Shown one piece after another: positions 23,667-30,564 of a stretch of DNA of 52,838 nucleotides. Under the pieces are notes generated by a model, which had not been told where the DNA came from, did no database searches, and saw nothing but the letters and a program-made list of their open reading frames with translations. The DNA comes from an uncultured bacterium (GTDB lineage: Bacteria; Patescibacteriota; Minisyncoccia; UBA6257; 2-01-FULL-56-20): NCBI GenBank assembly GCA_963745135.1, contig CAVUWW010000013.1, positions 1 through 52,838 on the forward strand, given 5' to 3'. Position 1 is the first letter of the stretch. Every line of letters starts with the position of its first letter. A program made the translations under genes and the position numbers.

Positions 23667-23780
23667 CCGGCGATCTCCGGACGGTGAACGCGAACTGGAA
23701 CGACGACGGCTGGAACGTGAACGCCAACGCCGTGACGAACCCGAACGAGTGGAACGACGAGAACCAGGTCTTCTCCCGAA
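23667..23780 (+). other. DGR template repeat (TR)
   Basis: In the VR frame it reads TGDLRTVNANWNDDGWNVNANAVTNPNEWNDENQVFSRN. Every Asn codon is AAC. Confidence 0.9.
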
Positions 23781-23791
23781 ACTGTCGTATG

Positions 23792-23825
23792 GCCTCCCGC
23801 TATCTCGCGGGAGGCTTGCTTTTTA
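23792..23825 (+). terminator. hairpin plus U-run directly 3' of TR
   Basis: Stem gcctcccgc / gcgggaggc, then ttgctttttat. The loop contains the avd stop codon on the other strand. Confidence 0.55.
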
Positions 23826-24144
23826 TGCCGTTGATCCAGCCGCCGAGCTGCCTCCCCACCTCGTCGAACTTTTCCGAAAGTAAGATATACTTCTGGTTGT
23901 CGAGCGCTCCCACGTCCCAGAGTATCTGCAAAAAGAACTTCGCCACGTCGAGCCGCACGTTCGCTTTCTGGAGATAGGGCAGCTTCTGCTCCTTGCCCAA
24001 GTAGCTTGCGATGAACAGCAGTTCAGCCGTTTCAACTAACGAGCGATCGATCTTTGTGCCGAGCGAATATCTGAAATCTTTCGGCATGTGCGGCAGGAAC
24101 TCGTGCCAGGCCTTGTATGCGGCCACCAGGTGCTGGATGATCAA
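23800..24144 (-). CDS. avd: Avd-like accessory variability determinant (four-helix bundle); start uncertain
   Basis: ..AYKAWHEFLPHMPKDFRYSLGTKIDRSLVE...LSEKFDEVGRQLGGWINGIK resembles Avd / 23S-IVS four-helix-bundle proteins. The long ORF to 24351 is antisense to the RT, so TTG 24144 is taken as a provisional start. Confidence 0.7.
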   Translation of the reverse strand: MIIQHLVAAYKAWHEFLPHMPKDFRYSLGTKIDRSLVETAELLFIASYLGKEQKLPYLQKANVRLDVAKFFLQILWDVGALDNQKYILLSEKFDEVGRQLGGWINGIKSKPPAR

Positions 24145-24158
24145 AAGCTGGGAACTGC

Positions 24159-24169
24159 GGGGGGGGGGG
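24159..24169. repeat. G11 / C11 homopolymer between avd and RT
   Basis: 11 consecutive G, 19 nt upstream of the RT ATG. Confidence 0.9.
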
Positions 24170-24188
24170 TACGTGAAAATTTGAATCC

Positions 24189-25244
24189 ATGAAGATACAG
24201 TTTGCCGGAAATTTGGAAAAAATCGCGAGCGCCGAAAACCTGCTGGAAGCTTGGCGGGAATTCTTGCCGGGCAAGCGCGGAAAGCATGACGTGCAGGAAT
24301 TCCAACTGCGGCTGATGGATAATATTCTATCACTCCGCGCCGATTTGACAAACGGTACGTACCGCCACGGCGGGTATCAGCATTTCAAAATCGCCGACCC
24401 GAAGCCGCGCGACATCCATAAGGCAACCGTGCGCGACCGCCTCGTCCACCACGCCATTTATCGCCAGCTCTATCCATTCTTCGACAAGACGTTCATCGCC
24501 GACTCCTTTTCCTGCCGCGACGGCAAGGGGACGCATGCGGCGCTGGATCGGTTTTGCGTGTTCGCACGGAAAGCCAGCAAGAACAACACGCGCGCCTGTT
24601 GGATCCTGAAGTGCGACATCCGTAAATTCTTCGCGAACATTGACCATCAAATTTTATTGGAGATTTTGGGAACATATATTCCGGACAAAAAAATTTTGCG
24701 GTTGCTGCGGGAAATCATCGAAAGCTTTTCTTCGACCATGCCCGGCATCGGCTTGCCCCGCCCTTTTGGAGCAAAACCAAAAGAGCGGGGCTTGCCGCTC
24801 GGCAACCTCACTTCGCAATTGTTTGTGAACGTTTACATGAACGAATTTGATCAATTTGCAAAACATACATTGAAGGCAAAATACTATGTCCGCTACGCCG
24901 ACGATTTCGCCGTCTTTTCCCCGAACCGCGATTGGCTCGAAATCATCCTGCCTGAAATCCGGAATTTCCTTTTGAACCGGCTCAAGCTAAATCTACATCC
25001 CGAAAAAGTTTCAATCAGAACCATTGCCTCGGGCGAGGATTTCCTCGGCTGGGTGCATTTTCCCGACCACCGCGTTTTGCGGACGGCGACGAAGCGGCGA
25101 ATGATGAGGAGATTGGCGGACCATCCGAAAGAAGAAACGATCCAGTCTTATCGCGGGCTTTTGGGCCATGGGAATGCGCAGAAGTTGACATCGAGATTAA
25201 AAGGCTTTTGGGTTGCAAACGAAAATGCAACGGATGCCTTTTGA
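24189..25244 (+). CDS. DGR-type reverse transcriptase
   Basis: 351 aa with RT motifs including LPLGNLTSQLFVNVY ([I/L]GxxxSQ) and YVRYADDFAVF. No maturase or endonuclease domains. Confidence 0.9.
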   Translation: MKIQFAGNLEKIASAENLLEAWREFLPGKRGKHDVQEFQLRLMDNILSLRADLTNGTYRHGGYQHFKIADPKPRDIHKATVRDRLVHHAIYRQLYPFFDKTFIADSFSCRDGKGTHAALDRFCVFARKASKNNTRACWILKCDIRKFFANIDHQILLEILGTYIPDKKILRLLREIIESFSSTMPGIGLPRPFGAKPKERGLPLGNLTSQLFVNVYMNEFDQFAKHTLKAKYYVRYADDFAVFSPNRDWLEIILPEIRNFLLNRLKLNLHPEKVSIRTIASGEDFLGWVHFPDHRVLRTATKRRMMRRLADHPKEETIQSYRGLLGHGNAQKLTSRLKGFWVANENATDAF

Positions 25245-25339
25245 GGGGCTCCCGGAGGCGCGAAGGCGCCGAGGGCGAGCGGCCGGCCAGCAGGCCTGAA
25301 CGCTGTACCCTCAAAAGGCATCCGTTGCATTTTCGTTTG
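25216..25339. repeat. perfect 32-bp inverted repeat with a 60-nt GC-rich spacer at the RT 3' end
   Basis: caaacgaaaatgcaacggatgccttttgaggg (25216..25247) pairs with ccctcaaaaggcatccgttgcattttcgtttg (25308..25339). The RT stop codon lies in the left arm. Confidence 0.9.
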
Positions 25340-25360
25340 TCGCTTGATAAACTTTTACCT

Positions 25361-25720
25361 ATGACCTTGGATGAATTCCAGAAAGCCGACTTGCGCGTGG
25401 CTACCATCGTCGCCGCGGAACGGGTCGAGGGGTCGGAGAAATTGTTGAAGCTTCAAATCAATCTCGGAGAGGAATTTCGGCAGATTATTTCGGGAGTGGC
25501 CAAGCAATACGCTCCCGAGGAATTGGTCGGCAAGCAGGTCGTCGTCATCGCAAATTTGGAACCGCGCACTATAATGGGTTTGGAAAGCCACGGGATGCTC
25601 CTCGCGGCGCACGGCGAAAATGGCTCGCCCTCCCAACTTTTGCCGGGCGAAAATCGGGAAGGCGAGCCGGTGATTTTAACGGTCGAGAAGCCGGTTCCGG
25701 CGGGAGCGAAGGTTTCGTGA
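25361..25720 (+). CDS. tRNA-binding domain protein (CsaA / EMAP-II-like OB fold)
   Basis: Start moved to MTLDEFQKADLRVATIVAAERVEGSEKLLKLQINLG, a typical tRNA-binding domain N-terminus. Confidence 0.75.
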   Translation: MTLDEFQKADLRVATIVAAERVEGSEKLLKLQINLGEEFRQIISGVAKQYAPEELVGKQVVVIANLEPRTIMGLESHGMLLAAHGENGSPSQLLPGENREGEPVILTVEKPVPAGAKVS

Positions 25721-25722
25721 TA

Positions 25723-25811
25723 GGCATACGAATGTACGAATTTTTACGAATATACGGACGGGAAACTCAATCTCTTATTCGTATATTCGTACCGATTCGT
25801 AAATTCGCATG
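25723..25811. repeat. GGCATACGAAT...ATTCG hairpin element (near-identical to 27513..27600)
   Basis: Shares both arms and the loop gggaaaYtcaatctc with the copy at 27513. The ATG at 25809 lies in the last arm unit (attcgcATG). Confidence 0.85.
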
Positions 25812-26357
25812 ACCCTCTCAGATAAAACCATGAATAAACCACTATCTATAGCAATTTTCATCATCCTCGTCATTGCGGTCATTGCGGGCGCGGTTTGGTA
25901 CAGCAATAATGTTTTGCAGGGCAATATGGTGAACGGCATCGGGCAAGCGGCAAGCAGCACGGGACAGCCGGCGGGGAATATAAATCAAGCGACAAGCGCT
26001 AACGCTACAACCACAAACATGAACCAAGGCCAATTGCAGATTACGGACCTCGTCGTGGGCACGGGGACGGTGGCGGAGAACGGCGACACGGTGAACGTGC
26101 TTTACACGGGGACGCTCGACGACGGTACTGTGTTCGACGCTTCGTCCATGCACGGCAACCAGCCGTTCAGCTTCACCCTCGGCGCGGGACAGGTCATCAA
26201 GGGATGGGATGAGGGCGTGCTTGGCATGAAGGTTGGCGGCAAGCGCGAGCTCGTCATCCCGCCTTCGCTTGGCTATGGCGCGCAGGGAGCCGGTAATACC
26301 ATCCCGCCGGACGCGACGTTGCATTTTACGGTTCAGCTTTTGTCAGTCGGGCAATAG
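25809..26357 (+). CDS. FKBP-type peptidyl-prolyl cis-trans isomerase with N-terminal membrane anchor
   Basis: Motifs GDTVNVLYTGTLDDGTVFDAS, FTLGAGQVIKGWDEGVLGMKVGGKRELVIPPSLGYG. An alternative start is at 25830. Confidence 0.85.
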   Translation: MTLSDKTMNKPLSIAIFIILVIAVIAGAVWYSNNVLQGNMVNGIGQAASSTGQPAGNINQATSANATTTNMNQGQLQITDLVVGTGTVAENGDTVNVLYTGTLDDGTVFDASSMHGNQPFSFTLGAGQVIKGWDEGVLGMKVGGKRELVIPPSLGYGAQGAGNTIPPDATLHFTVQLLSVGQ

Positions 26358-26468
26358 TTCTCCGTGCGCAAATCTAAATGGCTAACGATGGCCGTCTTCA
26401 AGATTGGGGAAGAAGGCGGCCATCGTTTTTTTCTCGTCCCGCGTCTGTGGGGGTCTGGTTTGCGCGCG
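26358..26468 (+). repeat. 3'-flank element, third member (TTCTCCGTGCGCAAATC ... GGTTTGCGCGCG clamp)
   Basis: Same 5' boundary as 35861 (TTCTCCGYGCGCAAATC). The inner hairpin is the terminator at 26384..26432. Confidence 0.65.
26384..26432 (+). terminator. intrinsic terminator after the FKBP gene
   Basis: Stem aacgatggccgtcttc / gaaggcggccatcgtt, then T7. Confidence 0.75.
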
Positions 26469-26506
26469 AAGCTAAATAAAAATGCCGCCAGAGGGTTGCG
26501 GCTGCT

Positions 26507-27031
26507 TTAGTGATTCGCTTGCGCGAGGAGTAGGTCGCCGTATGACACTGAAATCAAATCGCTTTCGCGGATTTCCAAAAGCGAAAGATATGTTCGGCAT
26601 TGTTTGAGCAGCTGTTCTCGCCCAATGGTTCCGTCGCTGTCAATCGCTTCGATTTCCACGAATGTTCCCAAACTCTCGACGACATCAAGGTGGAATTTTA
26701 CGTTCCCGATGAAATATATCTCCCGCACCTTATCCACCACGACCAGAACGCCCAGGGAGCGGACCAAAATTTCTTTCAGAGAAAATTGAGGATTCGACGC
26801 GAAAAGAATGACGTTCGATTCCTTTGGCCCTTCTTGGTCGGTGCGTTTGTAAAAGACAAGAAAATTCTCAATGTTCCCTTCGCGCAATTTCATCCTGCCG
26901 TCATTCACCCGGAAATACGTGTCGATTTGGCGGTCGGTGCCTTTGAAGTCAGCTCCTTGAGACCTGAGGAAATCCCGAACTTTTTTGTGGCTGCCGCAAC
27001 GAGCTTTGATTTCAACGTTAAGGTGCCTCAT
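26507..27031 (-). CDS. CYTH-domain protein (class IV adenylate cyclase / triphosphatase-like)
   Basis: 174 aa with N-terminal ExExK motif (NVEIKAR), then DTYF, KLREG and FVEIEA strands typical of CyaB/CYTH. Confidence 0.75.
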   Translation of the reverse strand: MRHLNVEIKARCGSHKKVRDFLRSQGADFKGTDRQIDTYFRVNDGRMKLREGNIENFLVFYKRTDQEGPKESNVILFASNPQFSLKEILVRSLGVLVVVDKVREIYFIGNVKFHLDVVESLGTFVEIEAIDSDGTIGREQLLKQCRTYLSLLEIRESDLISVSYGDLLLAQANH

Positions 27032-27116
27032 GGCAGTTCTTTACAAGAATGGTTGCAAAAGAGAATGGGATTGTCAATGGAATACGAATTGCGGCGCTTG
27101 ATGTATAATTGAATAA

Positions 27117-27512
27117 GTGAACCATCGCCACGGTCAAGCATTCCTTTCCGTCGTCCTGCTCATCGGCACCATCGTGATAGTCGTCGGGACAACCATTGCC
27201 TTCGTCACTGTGGCTTTCATTGATAGCAGCTACGGCACGCAGGCATTGCAGGGCGCCGAAGCCACGGCGATGGCGGGCATCAAGGACGCGCAATTGCGCC
27301 TGGCCAGGGGCGACCTTACAAGCGGCGGTGTCTACGCTCTTCCGACCATCGCTGGATCGGCAGCCGTCACGGTCACGCCGCCGAGCGCCGGCCTCGCGAC
27401 GGTCCTTTCCATTGCCACCGTCAACTTCCGCACACGGAAGATCCAAGCCGTGTTTTCAATTGACCCCACGACGGGGAAAGTGACGGAAGTGTCGCAGGTG
27501 GAAATTCAATGA
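27117..27512 (+). CDS. PilX-like pilus-associated protein (GTG start)
   Basis: 131 aa with an N-terminal hydrophobic helix GQAFLSVVLLIGTIVIVVGTTIAFV, then QALQGAEATAMAGIKDA, as in the PilX N-terminal domain. Confidence 0.5.
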   Translation: MNHRHGQAFLSVVLLIGTIVIVVGTTIAFVTVAFIDSSYGTQALQGAEATAMAGIKDAQLRLARGDLTSGGVYALPTIAGSAAVTVTPPSAGLATVLSIATVNFRTRKIQAVFSIDPTTGKVTEVSQVEIQ

Positions 27513-27600
27513 GGCATACGAATGTACGAATAGTTACGAATATACGAATGGGAAATTCAATCTCTTATTCGTATATTCGTACCGATTCGTAAATTCGTAA
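27513..27600. repeat. GGCATACGAAT...ATTCGTAA hairpin element
   Basis: Near-identical to 25723..25811. It starts 1 nt after stop 27512, and ATG 27609 is 8 nt downstream. Confidence 0.85.
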
Positions 27601-27608
27601 CCCTACCA

Positions 27609-29123
27609 ATGACTCTCTCGTCAATCTCTGAAAAACTGCTGGCGCTGTTTCGGATCAAGACCGCGACGGGAGGATTGGAGATCACCGACCAGGTGATGAG
27701 GTTGGGCGTATTCGAGGGATCGGCGTGGCAGTTTTACGCGGTAAGGATGGAACCGGGAATCTTGGAGGGCGGCAAGATAAAAGACAAGCCGAAATTTTTG
27801 GAATACCTCGTGGCGCTCCGCGCAAAGGTGTTCGGTCCCAAAGAAGGGAAGAAAAAGATGCATGTGACAGTGGCGTTGGGCGAGACCGCGATGTTCAATC
27901 AGGTTTTCAGCTTGCCGCTCGTTTCGGGGGAAGGGTTGGAGAGCGCGGCGCGTCTCAACCTGCAGATGTCCTCGCCCGCGGATTTTTCGCAGGTCTATTC
28001 GGGATGGCAGGTCGTGAAGCGTGATATTAGCATGTCGCGGATGGAGCTTCTTGGCGCCTTCGCCGACCGCGCGCTCATTGACGAATTGGTGAACGCGCTC
28101 TTTGATGTGGGTTTCATTGCGATTGCCGTGGAATCGAAGGCGCTCGCGCTCGCGCGGCTTTTGCGGGAAGAGGGCCGCGGACTCGACATCGCGGCGCCGT
28201 ACATCGCGGTCGGCATTGATGACGCGGGCATTGACTTCCTCATCATCCGCAACGGCCAGCTGTACTTCGAGTACGCGAACGTGTGGCGCGACCTTGCCGA
28301 CGAAAAGGGGACGATTTCCGCCGAGAGATTCCAGGAATCGCTCGAGCACAGCTTGCGCCAGGTAATGAATTTTTATCTCCAGCACTGGGAGGGCCGCGTG
28401 GCGGGTGTTATCGTCGCCGCGGCGGTCTTCGTTGACGAGGTGCGGCGCGCCGCAGAGGAGACGCTTTCCCTGCCAATAATCTCGCTCGAGACGATGATGG
28501 AGGGCAGGATAACGCCCGAATGGTTCGTCGCGTTCGGCACGGGGTTGAGAAGCTTATATTCCCGCGGAAAGGATGCCGAGATAACGCTCCTCGGCGAGGG
28601 TGCGCGGGCGACCTACGAGAAAGACCGGATTTTGAACTTCGTGGCGTTCTGGCGCGTCTTCGTCCCGGCGATGTTCGGCGCGCTCATTGTCCTCTTTGGC
28701 CTCGCAAATTTTTTCATGGGGCGCATCGCCGCGGGCTTGCCCTCGCCGTCCGCATCAAGCAGGAACGCGACGCCCGACGCTGCGGACATCGCGAACTTGC
28801 AGTCGCAGGCAGACGCGTTCAACCGTTCCGTCGCGCTCGTCGCGTCGGTCGAGAGCGGGCTGCAGCCGAAGTCGGCCGTTTTGAACGCCGTAGCAGAAAA
28901 CGCTTCGGCGAACAGCATTACCGTAACGCGCCTTTCGTACCCGTCGCCCGGATCGCCGCTCTACCTTGCGGGCACGGCTCCGTCCGAGGACCAGATCCTC
29001 GCGTTCAAGACCGCCATGGCCGCCGAGCCGCAGTTCGCGTCGGTGGACGTTCCGCTTTCGGGGATCCAAAGCGCCGGCGGGACGTATGCGTTCTCAATGA
29101 CGTTTAATTTGGCGGGCAATTAA
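27609..29123 (+). CDS. PilM-like protein fused to a TM segment and PilN/O-like C-terminal region
   Basis: 504 aa. The N-terminal ~330 aa are actin-fold PilM-like (IAVGIDDAGIDFLIIRNGQLYFEY), followed by the TM helix FVAFWRVFVPAMFGALIVLFGLANFF. Confidence 0.6.
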   Translation: MTLSSISEKLLALFRIKTATGGLEITDQVMRLGVFEGSAWQFYAVRMEPGILEGGKIKDKPKFLEYLVALRAKVFGPKEGKKKMHVTVALGETAMFNQVFSLPLVSGEGLESAARLNLQMSSPADFSQVYSGWQVVKRDISMSRMELLGAFADRALIDELVNALFDVGFIAIAVESKALALARLLREEGRGLDIAAPYIAVGIDDAGIDFLIIRNGQLYFEYANVWRDLADEKGTISAERFQESLEHSLRQVMNFYLQHWEGRVAGVIVAAAVFVDEVRRAAEETLSLPIISLETMMEGRITPEWFVAFGTGLRSLYSRGKDAEITLLGEGARATYEKDRILNFVAFWRVFVPAMFGALIVLFGLANFFMGRIAAGLPSPSASSRNATPDAADIANLQSQADAFNRSVALVASVESGLQPKSAVLNAVAENASANSITVTRLSYPSPGSPLYLAGTAPSEDQILAFKTAMAAEPQFASVDVPLSGIQSAGGTYAFSMTFNLAGN

Positions 29124-29130
29124 TTTTTTT

Positions 29131-29204
29131 CTGTCATCCCGAACCTGCCGAGGGATCTTTCCTGCCGTGAAGAAAGGATTCTTCGCTGTCGCTCAGAATG
29201 ACGG
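29131..29204. repeat. pair of GTCATYC...GGATYC REP-like hairpins in inverted orientation
   Basis: ctgtcatcccgaacctgccgagggatc faces aaaggattcttcgctgtcgctcagaatgacgg, between convergent stops. Confidence 0.75.
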
Positions 29205-29766
29205 AAAAAACCCTTTCTAAAATTTTCCTGTCCTTTGGCGTGATTTTATTCAGCACGAAATCCCCGGCTTTTTTTCTTTTTATTTGCGCCTTGCGCCTTG
29301 CGCCTTGCGCCTTGTCCATGGGCCGCACCCCAATCCTTATCCTCTGAAAATCTTTGGTTCCCAAAAAATCGATCACCGACTGCACGCCCTTGTGTCCTGC
29401 CGAGCTTTGGCTGCGGGAGATTTTGAACTCGCCGAGCGGCAGGTCGCTGTCGTCGTGGATTACGGTCAGATCTTCCGGAACGGCATTAAATTTTTTGAGC
29501 GCTTCTTTTGTAGCGAATCCGGATTCGTTCATGAAGGCGAGAGGAACAATGAGCGACATGCGACATGCGACATGCGACATGGACGGATTCACGCAAACAT
29601 AAGAAAATAGCTTTTTATAAGTTTTCCATTTCAAATCGGCGTCATTGGCCAACGAATTTGCCAAATATCGAACCGCCAGCGCGCCCGCGTTGTGGTAGGT
29701 ATTTTCGAATTCCGCGCCAGGGTTGCCGAGGCCGAGGATGATTTTGGAGTTCGCTTTCTCCGGCAT
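29134..29766 (-). CDS. pth: peptidyl-tRNA hydrolase
   Basis: Start moved to MPEKANSKIILGLGNPGAEFENTYHNAG. The C-terminal ~25 aa are read through the REP element. Two heptamer arrays lie inside the gene. Confidence 0.85.
   Translation of the reverse strand: MPEKANSKIILGLGNPGAEFENTYHNAGALAVRYLANSLANDADLKWKTYKKLFSYVCVNPSMSHVACRMSLIVPLAFMNESGFATKEALKKFNAVPEDLTVIHDDSDLPLGEFKISRSQSSAGHKGVQSVIDFLGTKDFQRIRIGVRPMDKAQGARRKAQIKRKKAGDFVLNKITPKDRKILERVFSVILSDSEESFLHGRKDPSAGSG
29284..29311. repeat. intragenic tandem heptamer TTGCGCC x4 inside pth
   Basis: Sequence ttgcgcc x4, then ttgtcc. Confidence 0.9.
29554..29581. repeat. intragenic tandem heptamer CGACATG x4 inside pth
   Basis: Sequence cgacatg x4. 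Confidence 0.9.
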
Positions 29767-29772
29767 TTGCTT

Positions 29773-29778
29773 ATTATA
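29773..29778 (-). promoter_or_regulatory. -10 box TATAAT, 6 nt before pth ATG 29766 (leaderless candidate)
   Basis: The minus strand reads gaTATAATaagcaaATG. Confidence 0.5.
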
Positions 29779-29788
29779 TCTCGAACCG

Positions 29789-29794
29789 TATAAT
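29789..29794 (+). promoter_or_regulatory. -10 box TATAAT upstream of the lepB hairpin leader
   Basis: Sequence ccgTATAATtgtgg. The predicted start is a few nt before hairpin 29807..29929. Confidence 0.4.
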
Positions 29795-29806
29795 TGTGGT
29801 AAGTGG

Positions 29807-29929
29807 GGCATACGAATTTACGAATCGGTACGAATATACTAATAAGATTAGTAGCGGAACCATTCCAAACATTCGTGTACCCATTCTGAATTATTCGTAT
29901 ATTCGTACAAATTCGTACATTCGTATGCC
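29807..29929. repeat. GGCATACGAAT...ATTCGTATGCC hairpin element (long-loop copy)
   Basis: Same termini as 5451..5549. The lepB ATG at 29925 lies inside the terminal ATTCGTATGCC. Confidence 0.85.
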
Positions 29930-30479
29930 CATGCGCAAATTCCTCGCCTCGCTCCTCGAAGTCCTGGAAATCGCGGCAATCGCCGTCGCCGCCGTCTTCA
30001 TCGTGCGCACGTTTCTTGTCCAGCCGTTCTTGGTCAGCGGCACGAGCATGTATCCCACTTTTTCGAACGGCGATTACGTTTTGGTTGACGAGCTGACCTA
30101 CCGCATCCGGCCGCCGGAGCGCGGCGAGGTCATCGTATTCCACGATCCCGAGGATTATTCCACGTATTTCATCAAACGCATCATCGGCCTGCCGGGCGAG
30201 AAAGTGGTTTTGCATAACAGCACCGTCACGGTCTATAACAGCGCGAACCCGAACGGCCTCGTGCTTGACGAATCGTATCTGCCGCCGGGGACGGTTACTT
30301 CGGGAGACCAGACCTACGTGCTTTCTTCAAGCACGTACTTGATGTTCGGCGACAACCGGCCGTTCAGCTACGATTCGCGCAGCTGGGGGCCGCTGCCGAC
30401 GAAGAACATCGTCGGCCTCGTGCGCGTCCGCCTGTGGCCGGTGACCGCGATCACCGCGTTCGCCGCGCCGAAGTATTGA
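29925..30479 (+). CDS. lepB: signal peptidase I
   Basis: Start moved to MPMRKF. Contains the catalytic Ser box SGTSMYPTF, the KRIIGLPGE Lys box and GDNRPFSYDSR. Confidence 0.9.
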   Translation: MPMRKFLASLLEVLEIAAIAVAAVFIVRTFLVQPFLVSGTSMYPTFSNGDYVLVDELTYRIRPPERGEVIVFHDPEDYSTYFIKRIIGLPGEKVVLHNSTVTVYNSANPNGLVLDESYLPPGTVTSGDQTYVLSSSTYLMFGDNRPFSYDSRSWGPLPTKNIVGLVRVRLWPVTAITAFAAPKY

Positions 30480-30483
30480 AGAA

Positions 30484-30560
30484 GGGTATAGGGTTTCGGG
30501 TATAGGGTATAGGGTGCGGAACTCTTGACCCTAGACCCTAGACCCTTGACCCTAGACCCT
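30484..30560. repeat. inverted array hairpin, GGGTATA / ACCCTAG family
   Basis: Left arm gggtatagggtttcgggtatagggtatagggtg, loop cggaactctt, right arm gaccctagaccctagacccttgaccctagaccct. The ATG at 30565 follows 4 nt later. Confidence 0.85.
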
Positions 30561-30564
30561 GCCA

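Noticed and set aside
23479-23977. ORFs 23479..23883 and 23684..23977 read through the template repeat.
   Set aside because: The open frame is a by-product of the TR copying the target reading frame. There is no start context, the flanks are Arg-rich low-complexity sequence, and the region is better explained as TR RNA plus the avd antisense strand.
24145-24351. The full-length version of the avd ORF, starting at ATG 24351.
   Set aside because: Its first 69 codons are antisense to the RT 5' end, run through the C11 tract, and look like shadow-frame sequence. Avd-like similarity begins only after about residue 70.
24189-25244. The reverse transcriptase as a group II intron maturase or a retron RT.
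   Set aside because: There is no intron domain V/VI-like RNA, no X/maturase or En domain, and no msr/msd-like inverted repeats next to it. The LGNLTSQ motif and the A-specific VR/TR pair identify it as a DGR RT.
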